Positions 63,519 to 64,000 of a stretch of DNA of 64,000 nt are shown in pieces (position 1 is the first letter of the stretch; every line of letters starts with the position of its first letter). The notes under the pieces were generated by a model that was not told the origin of the DNA, made no database searches, and worked only from the letters and a program-made list of their open reading frames with translations. This stretch comes from Flavobacteriales bacterium (GTDB taxonomy: Bacteria > Bacteroidota > Bacteroidia > CAIKAF01): assembly GCA_018401695.1 (NCBI GenBank), contig JAGYKD010000001.1:348016-412015 (forward strand). The letters are read 5' to 3'. The position numbers and the translations under genes are program-made.

Positions 63519-63571
63519 CCTTAACTAAACCTTGTATGATTTTTGTTAATTTTGAGTAGAATCTTCGGTTT

Positions 63572-64000
63572 ATGAAACGCATTGTTTTTGCTTTGTTGGC
63601 TAGCTTATGTGTAGGTCTTTTGCAAGCACAAAATCCTGTACAGGAGGACCCGCTTTTTAAAAAAGCCCAAAAACTTCAAGAAAAAGGCCGTTATGCAAAA
63701 AGTTCGGAGACGCTGCAATGGCTTTTTGACCAAGGCAAGGTAGAACCGGAATATCTGATGCTGCACATAACCAACCTCATCGCCTTGGATAATTTTAAGG
63801 AAGCTTTTGGTTTGTTGAATACAAGCATTCAGCGTTTCCCAAAATCTGTGAAACTCCTACAATTGAAGGCTTTAATCCTTTCGGAAATGAGGCGTTTTGA
63901 GGAAGAAGCGGAGGTTTGGACGCAATCGCTCGGCGTGGTTTCCAACGACACGCTTTTTCACCATTTCTTAGGGAATCGGGGCATGGCCTATTTTCGATCG
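63572..64000 (+). CDS. Secreted TPR-like protein, truncated by the window edge
   Basis: Open frame MKRIVFALLASLCVGLLQAQ... with helical repeats (A..L...GRY, NRGMAY); absent from the ORF track because it has no stop in the window. Confidence 0.75.
   Translation, partial: MKRIVFALLASLCVGLLQAQNPVQEDPLFKKAQKLQEKGRYAKSSETLQWLFDQGKVEPEYLMLHITNLIALDNFKEAFGLLNTSIQRFPKSVKLLQLKALILSEMRRFEEEAEVWTQSLGVVSNDTLFHHFLGNRGMAYFRS

Noticed and set aside
63338-63559. Short Gly/Pro/Arg-rich ORFs over the hairpin elements (also 23214-23441, 9607-9872, 34569-34806, 49316-49783, 59576-59914)
   Set aside because: By-products of GC-rich, stop-poor repeats. Frames and peptides are not conserved between copies despite the shared ATGGCCCCCC end.

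Overview
A 64-kb chromosomal segment of a Bacteroidota bacterium, judged from T9SS C-terminal sorting domains, TAnnTTTG promoters and the Bacteroidota-type miaB/sigma54-activator gene order. Most of it is core housekeeping genes: miaB, groES/groEL, secG, galE, dinB with a LexA-like repressor, cystathionine beta-synthase, lptE, pheT, tsaC, tatC, sucAB, methylmalonyl-CoA mutase, photolyase and a PpiD/SurA-like chaperone. It also carries four T9SS cargo proteins, three of them giant beta-helix/PKD paralogs. I found no rRNA, tRNA, CRISPR array, transposase or prophage. Two non-coding signals stand out. (1) Ten dispersed GC-rich rod-hairpin elements of about 150-180 bp sit in intergenic gaps. They fall into three subfamilies, one resembling Flavo-1. 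Their arms differ in sequence but keep pairing, most share an apical module, and two sit next to GTAG-type REP palindromes. (2) The 17-bp palindrome ACTGACA-N3-TGTCAGT occurs both at the promoter of the miaB/sigma54-activator operon and about 200 bp upstream of a correctly spaced -24/-12 promoter of groES-groEL, suggesting an autoregulated sigma54-dependent chaperone regulon. All calls come from reading the sequence by eye; no searches were run.
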